Shown: positions 28,286-37,806, counted from the first letter of the stretch. The stretch: 64,000 bases of DNA from Bacteroidota bacterium (GCA_016193485.1 JACPRZ010000043.1:96944-160943); one strand, 5' to 3'. The notes: a model not told the origin generated them from the sequence alone. Program-made: numbers and translations.

Positions 28286-29581
28286 TTAAATTTCACCTAA
28301 AACACCATTATAGAAAAGTTCAACTAAATCGAATGGTTTAATAGCAATTATTTTTTTATTATTCACTGTAATTTCCTCACCCTCAACAGTACCCATATTG
28401 ACAAGGGGTTTAATTGCGTCATTTAAGTTTGTAACAAGTGTAATAAAATCTTTTTCTTTCAAATGGAAATTATAAACGGAATCGGGCCGTTGTGAGAATT
28501 CCCGAATTACGGATGGGCTGTGGCTGGTAAAAATAAACTGTGTTTTTTTTGAATTATCAGATGTATCTCTTAACCAATTAAGAAATTCATGAAGATTTTT
28601 TTGATTTATACCATTTTCTATTTCTTCAATCATAATCAATGCGGGAGGTTTGCGAATAGAGCAAAGGAGGGCAATTGCTGCAGCTCTAACTAACCCATCA
28701 GATATTTTATCAGGGTCATAGTAAGGGAAGTTTGAACCACCCATATCAAATTGCCATTTTAAACCATTTTCCTTTAAAACGAAGTTATTGAAATTTTTAA
28801 CGAACCTTTTAAGGTAACCAATAAATCGACTAAAAGTTTCTTGATCCTGCTCTTTAATAAAACAGAGTAATTCCAGAAGGTTTCCCCCTTCCTTACCGAT
28901 TGCGCTTGGTGGATATGGAAAGACATTATTTGTTTTAAAATTACCTAAAAAATCTTTTTTATAACTCGGTACTAGTTTACCTCTAATATAGGAGCCGGAA
29001 AATGCATCTCCTTTTAAAAAGGACGGTTGAAAATTATAATAATAAAAAGTTGCAAGATCGTGGAAAAATAAATTAACTATTTCTTTTTCCCGGAAATGGT
29101 TATTAGATTCATATATTTTTTTTCTTAAAAGTAATTTGGAAGAATTTATATCAAAGCCATTTTCAAATGTTATGTTATTATCAGGAAATAAAAGGGTTAA
29201 TTTCTCGGTGCTTAAAATTAAGCGATCATCTTTTATATTAGGAAAAATTGAGAGGTTATATTCTATATTGTAATTATCTTTACTCCATATGCATCGAAAA
29301 CTAATTGGTTCACCAATTTTGCACATTGAATGTTTATTTGAATTGTATTCGTATGAACGAAGGTCAGAGAAATAATATTCATCTTGACTTTCATGATCAG
29401 TTTCATGAATTGGTTCTTTAACAGGATTATATCGACTTATCAATCTAGAAAAAAAATGCAGACCCCTAAGGAAATTACTTTTACCAGAGTTATTAGAGCC
29501 GATAATTAAAGACAAATCAATGGGTTCAATGGCAGTACATTTATGGGTTCTGTAATTTTTTAGTTCTAATAATTTAAACAT
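28286..29581 (-). CDS. ABC-type (AAA_15/AAA_21, OLD/SMC-like) ATPase, defence-associated family
   Basis: Walker A LIIGSNNSGKSN near N-terminus; D-loop/Walker B ALIMIEEIENGI; H-loop FIFTSHSP; 431 aa; AT-rich. Confidence 0.75.
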   Translation of the reverse strand: MFKLLELKNYRTHKCTAIEPIDLSLIIGSNNSGKSNFLRGLHFFSRLISRYNPVKEPIHETDHESQDEYYFSDLRSYEYNSNKHSMCKIGEPISFRCIWSKDNYNIEYNLSIFPNIKDDRLILSTEKLTLLFPDNNITFENGFDINSSKLLLRKKIYESNNHFREKEIVNLFFHDLATFYYYNFQPSFLKGDAFSGSYIRGKLVPSYKKDFLGNFKTNNVFPYPPSAIGKEGGNLLELLCFIKEQDQETFSRFIGYLKRFVKNFNNFVLKENGLKWQFDMGGSNFPYYDPDKISDGLVRAAAIALLCSIRKPPALIMIEEIENGINQKNLHEFLNWLRDTSDNSKKTQFIFTSHSPSVIREFSQRPDSVYNFHLKEKDFITLVTNLNDAIKPLVNMGTVEGEEITVNNKKIIAIKPFDLVELFYNGVLGEI

Positions 29582-29861
29582 AAGAATAATATTGAGCAGT
29601 TGTTAATTTGGCGGATTTGCAAGTTTTTTTTCGAACCATTAGCGAGCAACAAAGGTAGAAATTCTTCGGGAATGATAAGGTAGTCTTCGGGATTGGGAAT
29701 GTGAAATATTTTTGATGTTGATGTTTAGTCCTGGTCGGGACCGTTGAGGGAGGCAGCCCACCCTGCCCCTTCAAAGGGGGGGGAAGTCGCGAAGGGATGG
29801 AGATAGGCGGGTGAGGTTTGTCGGGTGGAAACACACGATTGCACAAGGGAAGCATTATTCT

Positions 29862-32800
29862 TCACTTCGCCATCTGTTCCCGTGCCGTGGCGGTCTGCAT
29901 GTAGCGTGCTTGCAGTTTTTTGAACCGTTCGTCCAAATCCTTATTGAGTTCTTCCTGCTTGTAGATTTTTGTTACGGTGGATAATCGTCCCATGATGGAC
30001 ATTGAGCGCTGCATATCTTCGGCAATATGCGCTTCATATTCCCCGCCTACCGTAAAATAATAATCAAGATCATCTTCGCATACTTCGGCAAGGCGTTTTA
30101 TGATCGGGTTTGCCTTATCGTGTTTTCCTGCGCGGTAATACGCTTCGGCAATGGGCAGAATAAGGAAGTTATAGGGGACGGTTTTTTCAGGCACCACTTC
30201 CATACATTTATCCAGCACGGCAACGGCAGAGTCCTTTTTTCCCTCCATGATCAGCGCATTGGCAAGGCGGGCGAAATTATTGCGGAAGTTCATGGTCATG
30301 CGCGAAATATTTTCATCAAGCGAAAAACCGGGATGCGTCAGGTTACCCCATTTGAATTTGTTCATCAGGTTATCGTACATGATATCGGTAGCAACCCTCC
30401 CGGTTTGTCCGTCAGGGCTTTCATTGCGGATCGGAACGAGGCGGTAGGCAAGCCCTTCCAACTGGAAATAGGGCTCTAACTGAAGATATGCTTCGGAGCC
30501 GACAGTGATGGCAAAATAAACAGGACGTTTCCATTCGTTATGCGCAATCAGGTCAAGCACCATCAGGTCATTTTTCATAAGGTAGTTCTGCCTGACGGTC
30601 CACTCTATTGAAGTAACTATTTTTCCTGTATCCTGCGGTTGCACATTTCCTCTTGTCAGCATTTTGTTCAGGGATTGTCCCGGCTTTTGCGGTTCTCCCA
30701 TCATTTGTGTTTGCACATTTTCAAGGACTTTCTTTTTATCAACAGGCAGGCGGAATGACTTGGACGGATAGTAGTTGATCAGTTTACCGCTGACGGTCTG
30801 CAGTTTCGCCTGCGGGTCATCTGATCCGATGAAACTCATCAGGTCTTTGAGGTCAACCGGACCTTTGAGTTTACGGTCATAAAAGGGTGCAAAATCACGG
30901 GTGCCCTGGCGGTATCGGTCAGGGGAAAGCGTAAACGGCACAGGGTCCGAATCATAAGCCTTCCGTCTCATCTGGTCGATGTACCAGTCAGTATTAAGCA
31001 AACTCAAATTGACCACGCGCACATCGGTTCGCACGCCCTCAACTTCCTGTACGTACCAGAGGGGGAAGGTATCGTTATCGCCATTGGTGAATAAAATCGC
31101 ATTCGGTGCGCATGATTCAAGGTAATTGGCGGCAAAGTCGCGTGCCGTGTAACGCATGGAACGGTCATGGTCATCCCAACCCTCTTTTGCCATTATAGCA
31201 GGAACCGGGCTGCAGATGATTGTTGCAATTACCGGAACCATTACCGGCACAATTTTTATTTTTGATGATATCCATTCGGCAATTGCCATCACACCGAGAC
31301 CAATCCATATTGCAAAAGCGTAAAATGATCCCACGTAAGCGTAATCACGTTCACGCGGCTGGTAGGGATACTGGTTCAGGTAAACTACAATGGCTAGCCC
31401 GGTCATAATAAAAAGAATAAGAACTACAAAGGCACCCTTGTTTTCGCTCCGGAAATGATATATGAGACCGATAAGGCCAAGTATGAGAGGAAGAAGGTAA
31501 AACCTGTTACGGGCTTTACTATTTGCTAAACTTTCAGGAAGGTTCTCCTGGGGACCTGCCTGCATTTTGTCAATAAAAGGGATACCGCATATCCAGTTGC
31601 CTTCGGTGGGTCCGCCATGGCCCTGTATGTCATTCTGCCGTCCGGCAAAATTCCACATAAAATAGCGGAAGTACATCCATCCTACCTGGTATTTGAAAAA
31701 GAATTTGAGGTTCTGGCCGGATGTGGGTTTTTTGTCTTTCGGCCCGCTTATTTCACCCCATGTTTTATATGCGCTTATATGGGAGCCCTGGTCGCTCCAC
31801 ATCCTTGGAAGGACAGTGCAATATTCAGGATCATAATTAGGGATTGAACCCTTGCGGTCGTCTGTTACAACGTATATTCCTTTTTCTTTATCGGGAGCAT
31901 AAACAGGTGAACCGTCCTTGTAGGGATCGGACGGGTCAAGCGGAGCATTAAAATGTTGCCCGTATAATAATGGACGGTCGCCATATTGTTCACGGCCGAG
32001 GTAGGCGAGCAAACTGAACATGTTCTCGGGATTATTTTCATCCATCGGGGGGTTTGAAAGGGATCGGATCACGGTCACGGCAAAGGTGGAGTACCCGATG
32101 ACAATCACTGTAAAACAAAGAATGGCTGTATTGACGACCGGGTGATTTTTTTTTCTTGACCAGTGAAGGCCCCAGATGACAAGCGCTATGAGGAGAAGGA
32201 TATAAAAAATTATTCCACTGTTAAACGGAAGCCCGAATGAATTTACGAAAAGCAATTCAAATTTGGAAGCAAGAATTATCACACCCTGGATAACACCAAC
32301 CTGGATAGTACCGAGAAGAATCATAGAGATAAGTCCCGTAATAATGATCCCGTTCCGTGTTACCGGAAATTTTTTGAAATAATAGACAAATGCAATAGCC
32401 GGGAGAGCGGTGAGGTTCAGCAGGTGCACACCCACGGAAAGTCCGCACAGGTAGGCGATGAGCACCAGCCAGCGGTCGGCATATTTTTCTTCGGCAACAT
32501 TTTCCCATTTGAGGATAGCCCAGAAGACAACTGCCGTAAAAAGCGAAGAAAGCGCATATACTTCTCCTTCCACTGCCGAGAACCAGAACGAATCGCTGAA
32601 GGTGTATGCCAGCGAACCGATAATACCGCTTCCGATGACGGAAGGAATTTTTTCGCCTGGGATCTCAGCGCCATTGCGGCTGATGATTTTTTTTGCCAGT
32701 GCGGTTATGGTCCAGAAAAGAAAGAGAATGGTAAAGGCGCTGGCAATTGCCGATAACGTATTTATGCACAGTGCAACAAGAGTTTTGTCGGCAGCAAAAA

Positions 32801-32996
32801 GAGAAACAATCCTGCCGAGGAGCATGAAAAAAGGAGCGCCCGGTGGATGCCCCACTTCAAGTTTATATGCGGTGGCGATAAATTCCCCGCAGTCCCAGAA
32901 ACTTGTGGTTGGTTCAGTAGTGGAAATGTAAACGAATGCGGCAATGAGAAAAATTATCCAGCCGGTAATAATATTGGTGCGTTGGTAGAGGTTCAT
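29862..32996 (-). CDS. DUF2723-type polytopic membrane protein (putative glycosyltransferase-like) with C-terminal TPR-like region
   Basis: N-terminus TSFWDCGEFIATAYKLEVGHPPGAPFFMLLGR is characteristic of DUF2723 membrane proteins; many TM helices; helical repeat C-terminus. Confidence 0.75.
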   Translation of the reverse strand: MNLYQRTNIITGWIIFLIAAFVYISTTEPTTSFWDCGEFIATAYKLEVGHPPGAPFFMLLGRIVSLFAADKTLVALCINTLSAIASAFTILFLFWTITALAKKIISRNGAEIPGEKIPSVIGSGIIGSLAYTFSDSFWFSAVEGEVYALSSLFTAVVFWAILKWENVAEEKYADRWLVLIAYLCGLSVGVHLLNLTALPAIAFVYYFKKFPVTRNGIIITGLISMILLGTIQVGVIQGVIILASKFELLFVNSFGLPFNSGIIFYILLLIALVIWGLHWSRKKNHPVVNTAILCFTVIVIGYSTFAVTVIRSLSNPPMDENNPENMFSLLAYLGREQYGDRPLLYGQHFNAPLDPSDPYKDGSPVYAPDKEKGIYVVTDDRKGSIPNYDPEYCTVLPRMWSDQGSHISAYKTWGEISGPKDKKPTSGQNLKFFFKYQVGWMYFRYFMWNFAGRQNDIQGHGGPTEGNWICGIPFIDKMQAGPQENLPESLANSKARNRFYLLPLILGLIGLIYHFRSENKGAFVVLILFIMTGLAIVVYLNQYPYQPRERDYAYVGSFYAFAIWIGLGVMAIAEWISSKIKIVPVMVPVIATIICSPVPAIMAKEGWDDHDRSMRYTARDFAANYLESCAPNAILFTNGDNDTFPLWYVQEVEGVRTDVRVVNLSLLNTDWYIDQMRRKAYDSDPVPFTLSPDRYRQGTRDFAPFYDRKLKGPVDLKDLMSFIGSDDPQAKLQTVSGKLINYYPSKSFRLPVDKKKVLENVQTQMMGEPQKPGQSLNKMLTRGNVQPQDTGKIVTSIEWTVRQNYLMKNDLMVLDLIAHNEWKRPVYFAITVGSEAYLQLEPYFQLEGLAYRLVPIRNESPDGQTGRVATDIMYDNLMNKFKWGNLTHPGFSLDENISRMTMNFRNNFARLANALIMEGKKDSAVAVLDKCMEVVPEKTVPYNFLILPIAEAYYRAGKHDKANPIIKRLAEVCEDDLDYYFTVGGEYEAHIAEDMQRSMSIMGRLSTVTKIYKQEELNKDLDERFKKLQARYMQTATAREQMAK

Positions 32997-33011
32997 CAGG
33001 AATAATGTTTA

Positions 33012-33111
33012 CCACGTTCAATGCAAAGCATATTTAACGTGGTGAACAGGAAAAAAAGAAGTGCAAAGCCCCGCACATAAATTTCAATCAGTTATATCTT
33101 ATGTGCGGGGC
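33012..33111 (-). promoter_or_regulatory. two stable hairpins in the divergent leader region between the DUF2723 gene and aroA
   Basis: Perfect 12-bp stem ccccgcacataa (33069-33080) / ttatgtgcgggg (33099-33110), followed on the minus strand by a T-run; second hairpin accacgtt...aacgtggt at 33012-33045. Confidence 0.3.
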
Positions 33112-33186
33112 AAAGGTAACAAAATAGGGTAACGGGTATTAACGGAAATTCCAAAACAGTCGTCCTTTGGCGGAGAGATTTGAGAT

Positions 33187-34497
33187 TTGATATTTTGTTT
33201 TGCCGATTCCTGTACCTTTGATGGAAATGTGAGAGAAGTAAAACATCGCTATGTTACTCCTCCGGCCGGTAAAGTGGCAGTATCCGTCCGGTTACCTGCC
33301 TCAAAGAGTATATCTGCAAGGGTTCTGCTCATCCGGGCGCTGTGTGAAAAAAAGTTCAGGATAAAAAATCTTTCTGCATCGGATGACACGCTCTATCTTA
33401 AAAATATTCTTGAGCGGTACGGCAGAGGAGATCTCCGAATTCACCGCATCCATAAAATAAACACAGGGGATGGAGGAACTACAATGCGGTTTCTCATTGC
33501 ATTTTTTGCTATTCAAAAAGGGACAACAGTCATTCTGAACGGTTCAAAACAGATGAACAAGCGTCCGGTGGGGATCCTTGTTAGCGCCCTGAAAAAACTC
33601 GGTGCTGAAATACGGTATGTTGGAAAGAAAGGGTATCCTCCTGTCAGAATCAATGGCAAAGAAATCGTTGGAGGTAAAATAAAAATGGACGGTTCGGTAA
33701 GCAGCCAGTTCGTTTCAGCGCTTATACTTGCAGCGCCCCTGTTCAAAAGCGGACTTAAAATTGCGATACCCGGCAACATAGTATCCCTGCCCTACATAAT
33801 CATGACGGCAAAACTGATGAAATACTTTGGCATACGGGTAACCTTGAAGAAAAACCGGTCGGGAATTATTATTCATATTCCTCCGTCAGAATATCAATCC
33901 CGGGAATTTTCCGTTGAACCGGACTGGAGCGCTGCATCCTTCTGGTATGAGGCGGCAGCGCTGGCCAAAAGCGCATCCGTATTCCTGAAGGGGCTGAGGA
34001 AAGAAAGTTTGCAGGGGGATGCCGCTGTGGTTTCATTATTTAAAAATTTTGGAGTTGAAACGAAATTTACGGAGGGGGGGTGTATGGTTATTAAAAAGAA
34101 AAGACCTGTCAGGTTTTCAAAACCTGACAGGTCTTTAAGAATTGATTTCACCAATCATCCGGACCTCGCCATTCCTTTTGCCTTCACCTGTGCCGGACTG
34201 GGCAGGCGCGCTTTTTTTACCGGGTTGAATAATCTATCCATAAAAGAGAGCGACCGGGTTAATTCACTGATAACGGAAATTAATAAAATCGGAATTTCTC
34301 TTTCCTTTCATTCCCACCACGATCACCGCATTGCCATGGGCGTGGCACCCCTGGCTCTGAAGTCAGGCACAATAAAGGTGAACCACTCTGATGTTGTGAA
34401 AAAATCCTACCCTGCTTACTGGTGCGACCTGGAAAAGGCGGGGTTCCGGGTTAAAAATATACTGGGACAAAGATCAAAGATAAAGGATACAGGATAA
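33187..34497 (+). CDS. aroA: 3-phosphoshikimate 1-carboxyvinyltransferase (EPSP synthase)
   Basis: LPASKSISARVLL, SSQFVSALILAAP, DWSAASFW, KESDRVNSL, HHDHRIAMG are EPSP synthase motifs. Start may be the in-frame GTG at 33226. Confidence 0.85.
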   Translation: MIFCFADSCTFDGNVREVKHRYVTPPAGKVAVSVRLPASKSISARVLLIRALCEKKFRIKNLSASDDTLYLKNILERYGRGDLRIHRIHKINTGDGGTTMRFLIAFFAIQKGTTVILNGSKQMNKRPVGILVSALKKLGAEIRYVGKKGYPPVRINGKEIVGGKIKMDGSVSSQFVSALILAAPLFKSGLKIAIPGNIVSLPYIIMTAKLMKYFGIRVTLKKNRSGIIIHIPPSEYQSREFSVEPDWSAASFWYEAAALAKSASVFLKGLRKESLQGDAAVVSLFKNFGVETKFTEGGCMVIKKKRPVRFSKPDRSLRIDFTNHPDLAIPFAFTCAGLGRRAFFTGLNNLSIKESDRVNSLITEINKIGISLSFHSHHDHRIAMGVAPLALKSGTIKVNHSDVVKKSYPAYWCDLEKAGFRVKNILGQRSKIKDTG

Positions 34498-34571
34498 AAA
34501 TCCAAAAATCGCTGTATCCCTCATGTAGTTAGTACTCAGCAGGGGGGATAAAAAAATGAAAATTCATGCCA

Positions 34572-34589
34572 CCCCGATAGCAATCGGGG
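34572..34589. repeat. palindrome ccccgatagcaatcgggg between convergent aroA and the ABC ATPase gene
   Basis: Member of the cccgat-N-atcggg hairpin family (also 46299-46314, 57961-57976). Confidence 0.5.
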
Positions 34590-34709
34590 TCACAAAAGCA
34601 CTGAAAAACACAAAAAATTTAGTGGAATTTTGTGTTTTCGTGTTTTTGTGGCAGGAAATTACGGGGGCCTTGAGTAGTAACCTCATGCATCTTTGTCCTC
34701 TTATTATCT

Positions 34710-35336
34710 TTACAAGTTCCGGTAATTCTCCATTTTAATTACTTCCCTGCAGAACGAATATTCTTCGCCTGCTTTATTGGAAGCCACAATTACGACTCGG
34801 TTTTTACTGTGGTTCATAACGAGATTAAGGTACCATTGAACCGAATGAGTATCAAGGTTTGTGAGCGGTTCATCAAGAAGCAGGAGTCGGGTGTCGCTGA
34901 GAATAGCAAGAGCCAGTTGAAGACGTTGTTTCATCCCGGAAGAAAAATTTTTTATCTGCTGACTTTTGCGCTCCTCCATACCGAGTGCATCAATTATTGT
35001 TGCTGGTGAATAATCGTTCCGGAAGGGCTTAAGCCGGTCGTGAAAAACAATCATTTCTTCAAGGGTCATCTCTCCGGGCAATTCCATGTGAGGCGAGGAA
35101 AGGGAAAGATACCGGTATAAAAAATCGGGTTGAATAATTTTTCCGTCTAGGTTGTGCGATATTTTTCCGAAACTGGGGGGGGTGTATCCGGAAATGATTT
35201 TCAGGAGGGTTGATTTGCCTGATCCGTTGGCTCCTGTTACCGCATAGGAGTTGCCGGGCTTAAATTCAAAAGAGAGTTTATTGAAAATCCACCGGCCGTC
35301 ATATTCTTTCCCGGTATTTTCAAGCAGAATATTCAT
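34710..35336 (-). CDS. ABC transporter ATP-binding protein
   Basis: Walker A GANGSGKST, ABC signature FSSGMKQRL, Walker B LLLLDEP. Confidence 0.85.
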   Translation of the reverse strand: MNILLENTGKEYDGRWIFNKLSFEFKPGNSYAVTGANGSGKSTLLKIISGYTPPSFGKISHNLDGKIIQPDFLYRYLSLSSPHMELPGEMTLEEMIVFHDRLKPFRNDYSPATIIDALGMEERKSQQIKNFSSGMKQRLQLALAILSDTRLLLLDEPLTNLDTHSVQWYLNLVMNHSKNRVVIVASNKAGEEYSFCREVIKMENYRNL

Positions 35337-36129
35337 TGCTGAGATATGGGCCGCGGATGATTCCTTTGGTGGATTCCCGGATGAATTTCGTGATGATCTG
35401 CTTTTCGGGAGTGGCTGGAAATTCCAGTTCTATGACGCTCAGCGCCTGGGTGATATTGTTGGTGCGAAGGTAAAGCATCCTGTAAATTTCTTCTATGTGA
35501 GAAATGGTCTCTTCTGAAAAACCCCTCCTGCGCAGGCCGATGGAATTAATTCCCATATAGCAGAGCGGGTCGCGGGCGGCTCTAACAAACGGAGGCACAT
35601 TCTTTCTTACCCCTGATCCACCGGAAATAAAAGCATGCGTACCTATGCGCACAAACTGTTGCACACCCACCCAGCCCTCAAGTATAGCGTAGTCATCGAT
35701 GGTTACATGACCGGCCAGACCGCTTCCACCTGCAATTACGCAATGGTTGCCGACCATACAGTCATGCGCGATATGAACATTAGCCATAATAAGACAATTG
35801 CTTCCGACCGTGGTCTTATGATTGGCTTCAGTACCACGGTGAAGTGTGACATATTCGCGAATGACCGTATTATCACTGATTTCTGCGGTTGTTTCTTCAC
35901 CTTTGAATTTAAGATCCTGCGGTATGGCTGAAATTATTGCACCCGGAAAAATTTTACAGTTTTTTCCGATCCGGGCGCCATCCATGATTACGGCATTGGG
36001 TCCTACCCATGAACCATCACCGATTATTACATCTTTGTAAACGGTAGAGAACGGTTCAATAATCACATTTTTGCCGATACGCGCTTCGGGGTGTATGTTG
36101 GCAGGCAGTTTTGATGCGGTATATTTCAT
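35320..36129 (-). CDS. lpxA: acyl-ACP--UDP-N-acetylglucosamine O-acyltransferase
   Basis: Hexapeptide-repeat left-handed beta-helix (IHPEARIGKNVII, IGDGSWVGPNAVI, ARIGKNCKIFPGAIIS) with LpxA-like C-terminal helical domain. Confidence 0.85.
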   Translation of the reverse strand: MKYTASKLPANIHPEARIGKNVIIEPFSTVYKDVIIGDGSWVGPNAVIMDGARIGKNCKIFPGAIISAIPQDLKFKGEETTAEISDNTVIREYVTLHRGTEANHKTTVGSNCLIMANVHIAHDCMVGNHCVIAGGSGLAGHVTIDDYAILEGWVGVQQFVRIGTHAFISGGSGVRKNVPPFVRAARDPLCYMGINSIGLRRRGFSEETISHIEEIYRMLYLRTNNITQALSVIELEFPATPEKQIITKFIRESTKGIIRGPYLSNEYSA

Positions 36130-36320
36130 TTTTACGAATTACGAATGTATGCGAATTTACGAATGGTACCTCTGAAAATTATCTTTGCCATTTAACTTTT
36201 TTACGCATTACCGGATGCATACGAATTTTATAGATGTAGAACGAAAATTTACCACATAAACGGCAATAAGGGATGACATTCGTAATTTCCTTAAAATTCG
36301 CAAATGGAATACGGTCATAT
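36130..36320 (-). promoter_or_regulatory. array of TACGAAT / ATTCGTA heptamer repeats immediately upstream of lpxA
   Basis: tttacgaattacgaatgtatgcgaatttacgaatgg directly 5' of the lpxA start, with further copies (gcatacgaat, cattcgtaat, attcgcaaat) up to the lpxC/fabZ stop. Confidence 0.35.
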
Positions 36321-37720
36321 TACTTTTGCGTTTTTACCCTTTGAATAATAGCCATCATGTCGGCCTCCGTAGTCAATTTATTACCGACATAGGCGGTTCC
36401 CTTCATGTGGACAATTCCCCTGCGTATGGGTTCAATCAGTTCTAATTTGAACACCAGGGTATCACCGGGAACCACCGCCTTTTTGAACCGCACGGAATCA
36501 ATTTTCAGAAAATAGGTCTCGTAATTTTCAGGATCGGGAACCGTTTTCAGTGCAAGGACGCCACCGGTTTGCGCCATGGCTTCAATGATCAGAACACCGG
36601 GCATTATGGGATTACCCGGAAAATGCCCTTTGAAAAAATCTTCATTCATCGTAACATTTTTTAAACCCACTATATAGGTATCTGTCATTTCAATGATCTT
36701 ATCAACCAGGAGAAATGGCGGGCGGTGGGGCAGGAGTTGCATTATACCCTTTACATCAACTACGGCTGGCGCATGGATGTTGTAATAGGGGATGCCGTTT
36801 TTCAGGTCGGTCTTAATCAGTTGCCTGATCTTTTTTGCGAATTCAACATTTAAAGTATGCCCCGGCTTTTTAGCGATTATGTGCCCTTTGATTGGCATAC
36901 CCACTAGAGCAAGATCACCGATAATATCAATTAACTTATGTCGGGCAGGTTCATTGTGGCATTTCAGTTTTTCATTGTTGATAATTCCCTGCCGGTTCAC
37001 ATCGGTTTTGGGCTTATTGAAGAGTTTGGCAAGATGATCCAGTTCTTCATCGGTAACCTGGCGGTCCGAAATCAGGATGGCATTGCTCAGGTCCCCTCCT
37101 TTGATCAATCCGCTTTGCAGTAATCCTTCAATTTCATCGATAAAAACGAATGTCCTGCAAACCGAAAAATGATCTTTGAAATCGGTGATATGCTCCAGAA
37201 CGGCATGCTGCGGTCCGAGCACCGATGAATTGTAATCAATCAGCACTGTAACCTTGAAATCGTCAGCCGGCATGGCGAGAATTTCATGTTCTCCGTTATT
37301 GCTTGAATATACCACATTCGATTTTATCTCATAATATTTTCTTTCCTGGTTTTGTTCTTTTATTCCGGCAGAGAGAATGGAATCCACGAAGGGCCGGGCG
37401 CTTCCATCCATGATTGGCACCTCCGGACCGTTCAGTTCAATAGTTATATTATCTATACCAAGGCCGCTGAGCGCTGCTAATACATGTTCAACCGTATTGA
37501 CGCAGACACCATTCTGCGAAAGGTTTGTTCCTCTGGCAGTACTATACACATTATCAATATCGGCCGGAACAGGAGGCATATTTTCAATGTCGGTACGGAC
37601 AAAGACAATGCCGCTGTTGACCGGTGCCGGTTTTAAAGTAAGATTTATTTGCTTGCCGGTATGGAGGCCGATACCGGACAATTTAACCGGTTTATCAATG
37701 GTTTTTTGTTTCTCTGTCAT
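36320..37720 (-). CDS. lpxC/fabZ: bifunctional UDP-3-O-acyl-N-acetylglucosamine deacetylase / 3-hydroxyacyl-ACP dehydratase
   Basis: LpxC N-terminal half (VKLSGIGLHTGKQINLTLKPA, HNEPARHKLIDIIGDLAL) fused to FabZ hotdog (FFKGHFPGNPIMPGVLIIEAMAQ). Start set at internal MTEKQ (37720) because the ORF-track extension to 37849 runs through a palindromic repeat. Confidence 0.85.
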   Translation of the reverse strand: MTEKQKTIDKPVKLSGIGLHTGKQINLTLKPAPVNSGIVFVRTDIENMPPVPADIDNVYSTARGTNLSQNGVCVNTVEHVLAALSGLGIDNITIELNGPEVPIMDGSARPFVDSILSAGIKEQNQERKYYEIKSNVVYSSNNGEHEILAMPADDFKVTVLIDYNSSVLGPQHAVLEHITDFKDHFSVCRTFVFIDEIEGLLQSGLIKGGDLSNAILISDRQVTDEELDHLAKLFNKPKTDVNRQGIINNEKLKCHNEPARHKLIDIIGDLALVGMPIKGHIIAKKPGHTLNVEFAKKIRQLIKTDLKNGIPYYNIHAPAVVDVKGIMQLLPHRPPFLLVDKIIEMTDTYIVGLKNVTMNEDFFKGHFPGNPIMPGVLIIEAMAQTGGVLALKTVPDPENYETYFLKIDSVRFKKAVVPGDTLVFKLELIEPIRRGIVHMKGTAYVGNKLTTEADMMAIIQRVKTQK

Positions 37721-37745
37721 AACAGGGGTGGTTTTCTGCCGAAGG

Positions 37746-37806
37746 GCACCTGCCTGCTCTGACGGAGTCCGATACTCGTCAGAGTCATCGGACCGGTAGG
37801 CAGGGA
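37746..37806. repeat. palindromic element (ctctgacg...cgtcagag; tcatcggaccggtaggcaggga), simple form of the 24071-24166 element
   Basis: Shares gtccgatact and tcatcggaccggNaggcaggga with 24080-24166 but lacks the inner gacatttatcgtc insert. Confidence 0.6.

Noticed and set aside
29574-29855. 93-aa Pro-rich ORF between the ATPase and the DUF2723 gene
   Set aside because: It is the reverse reading of the G-rich repeat tract (29680-29840); low-complexity translation, not a credible protein.
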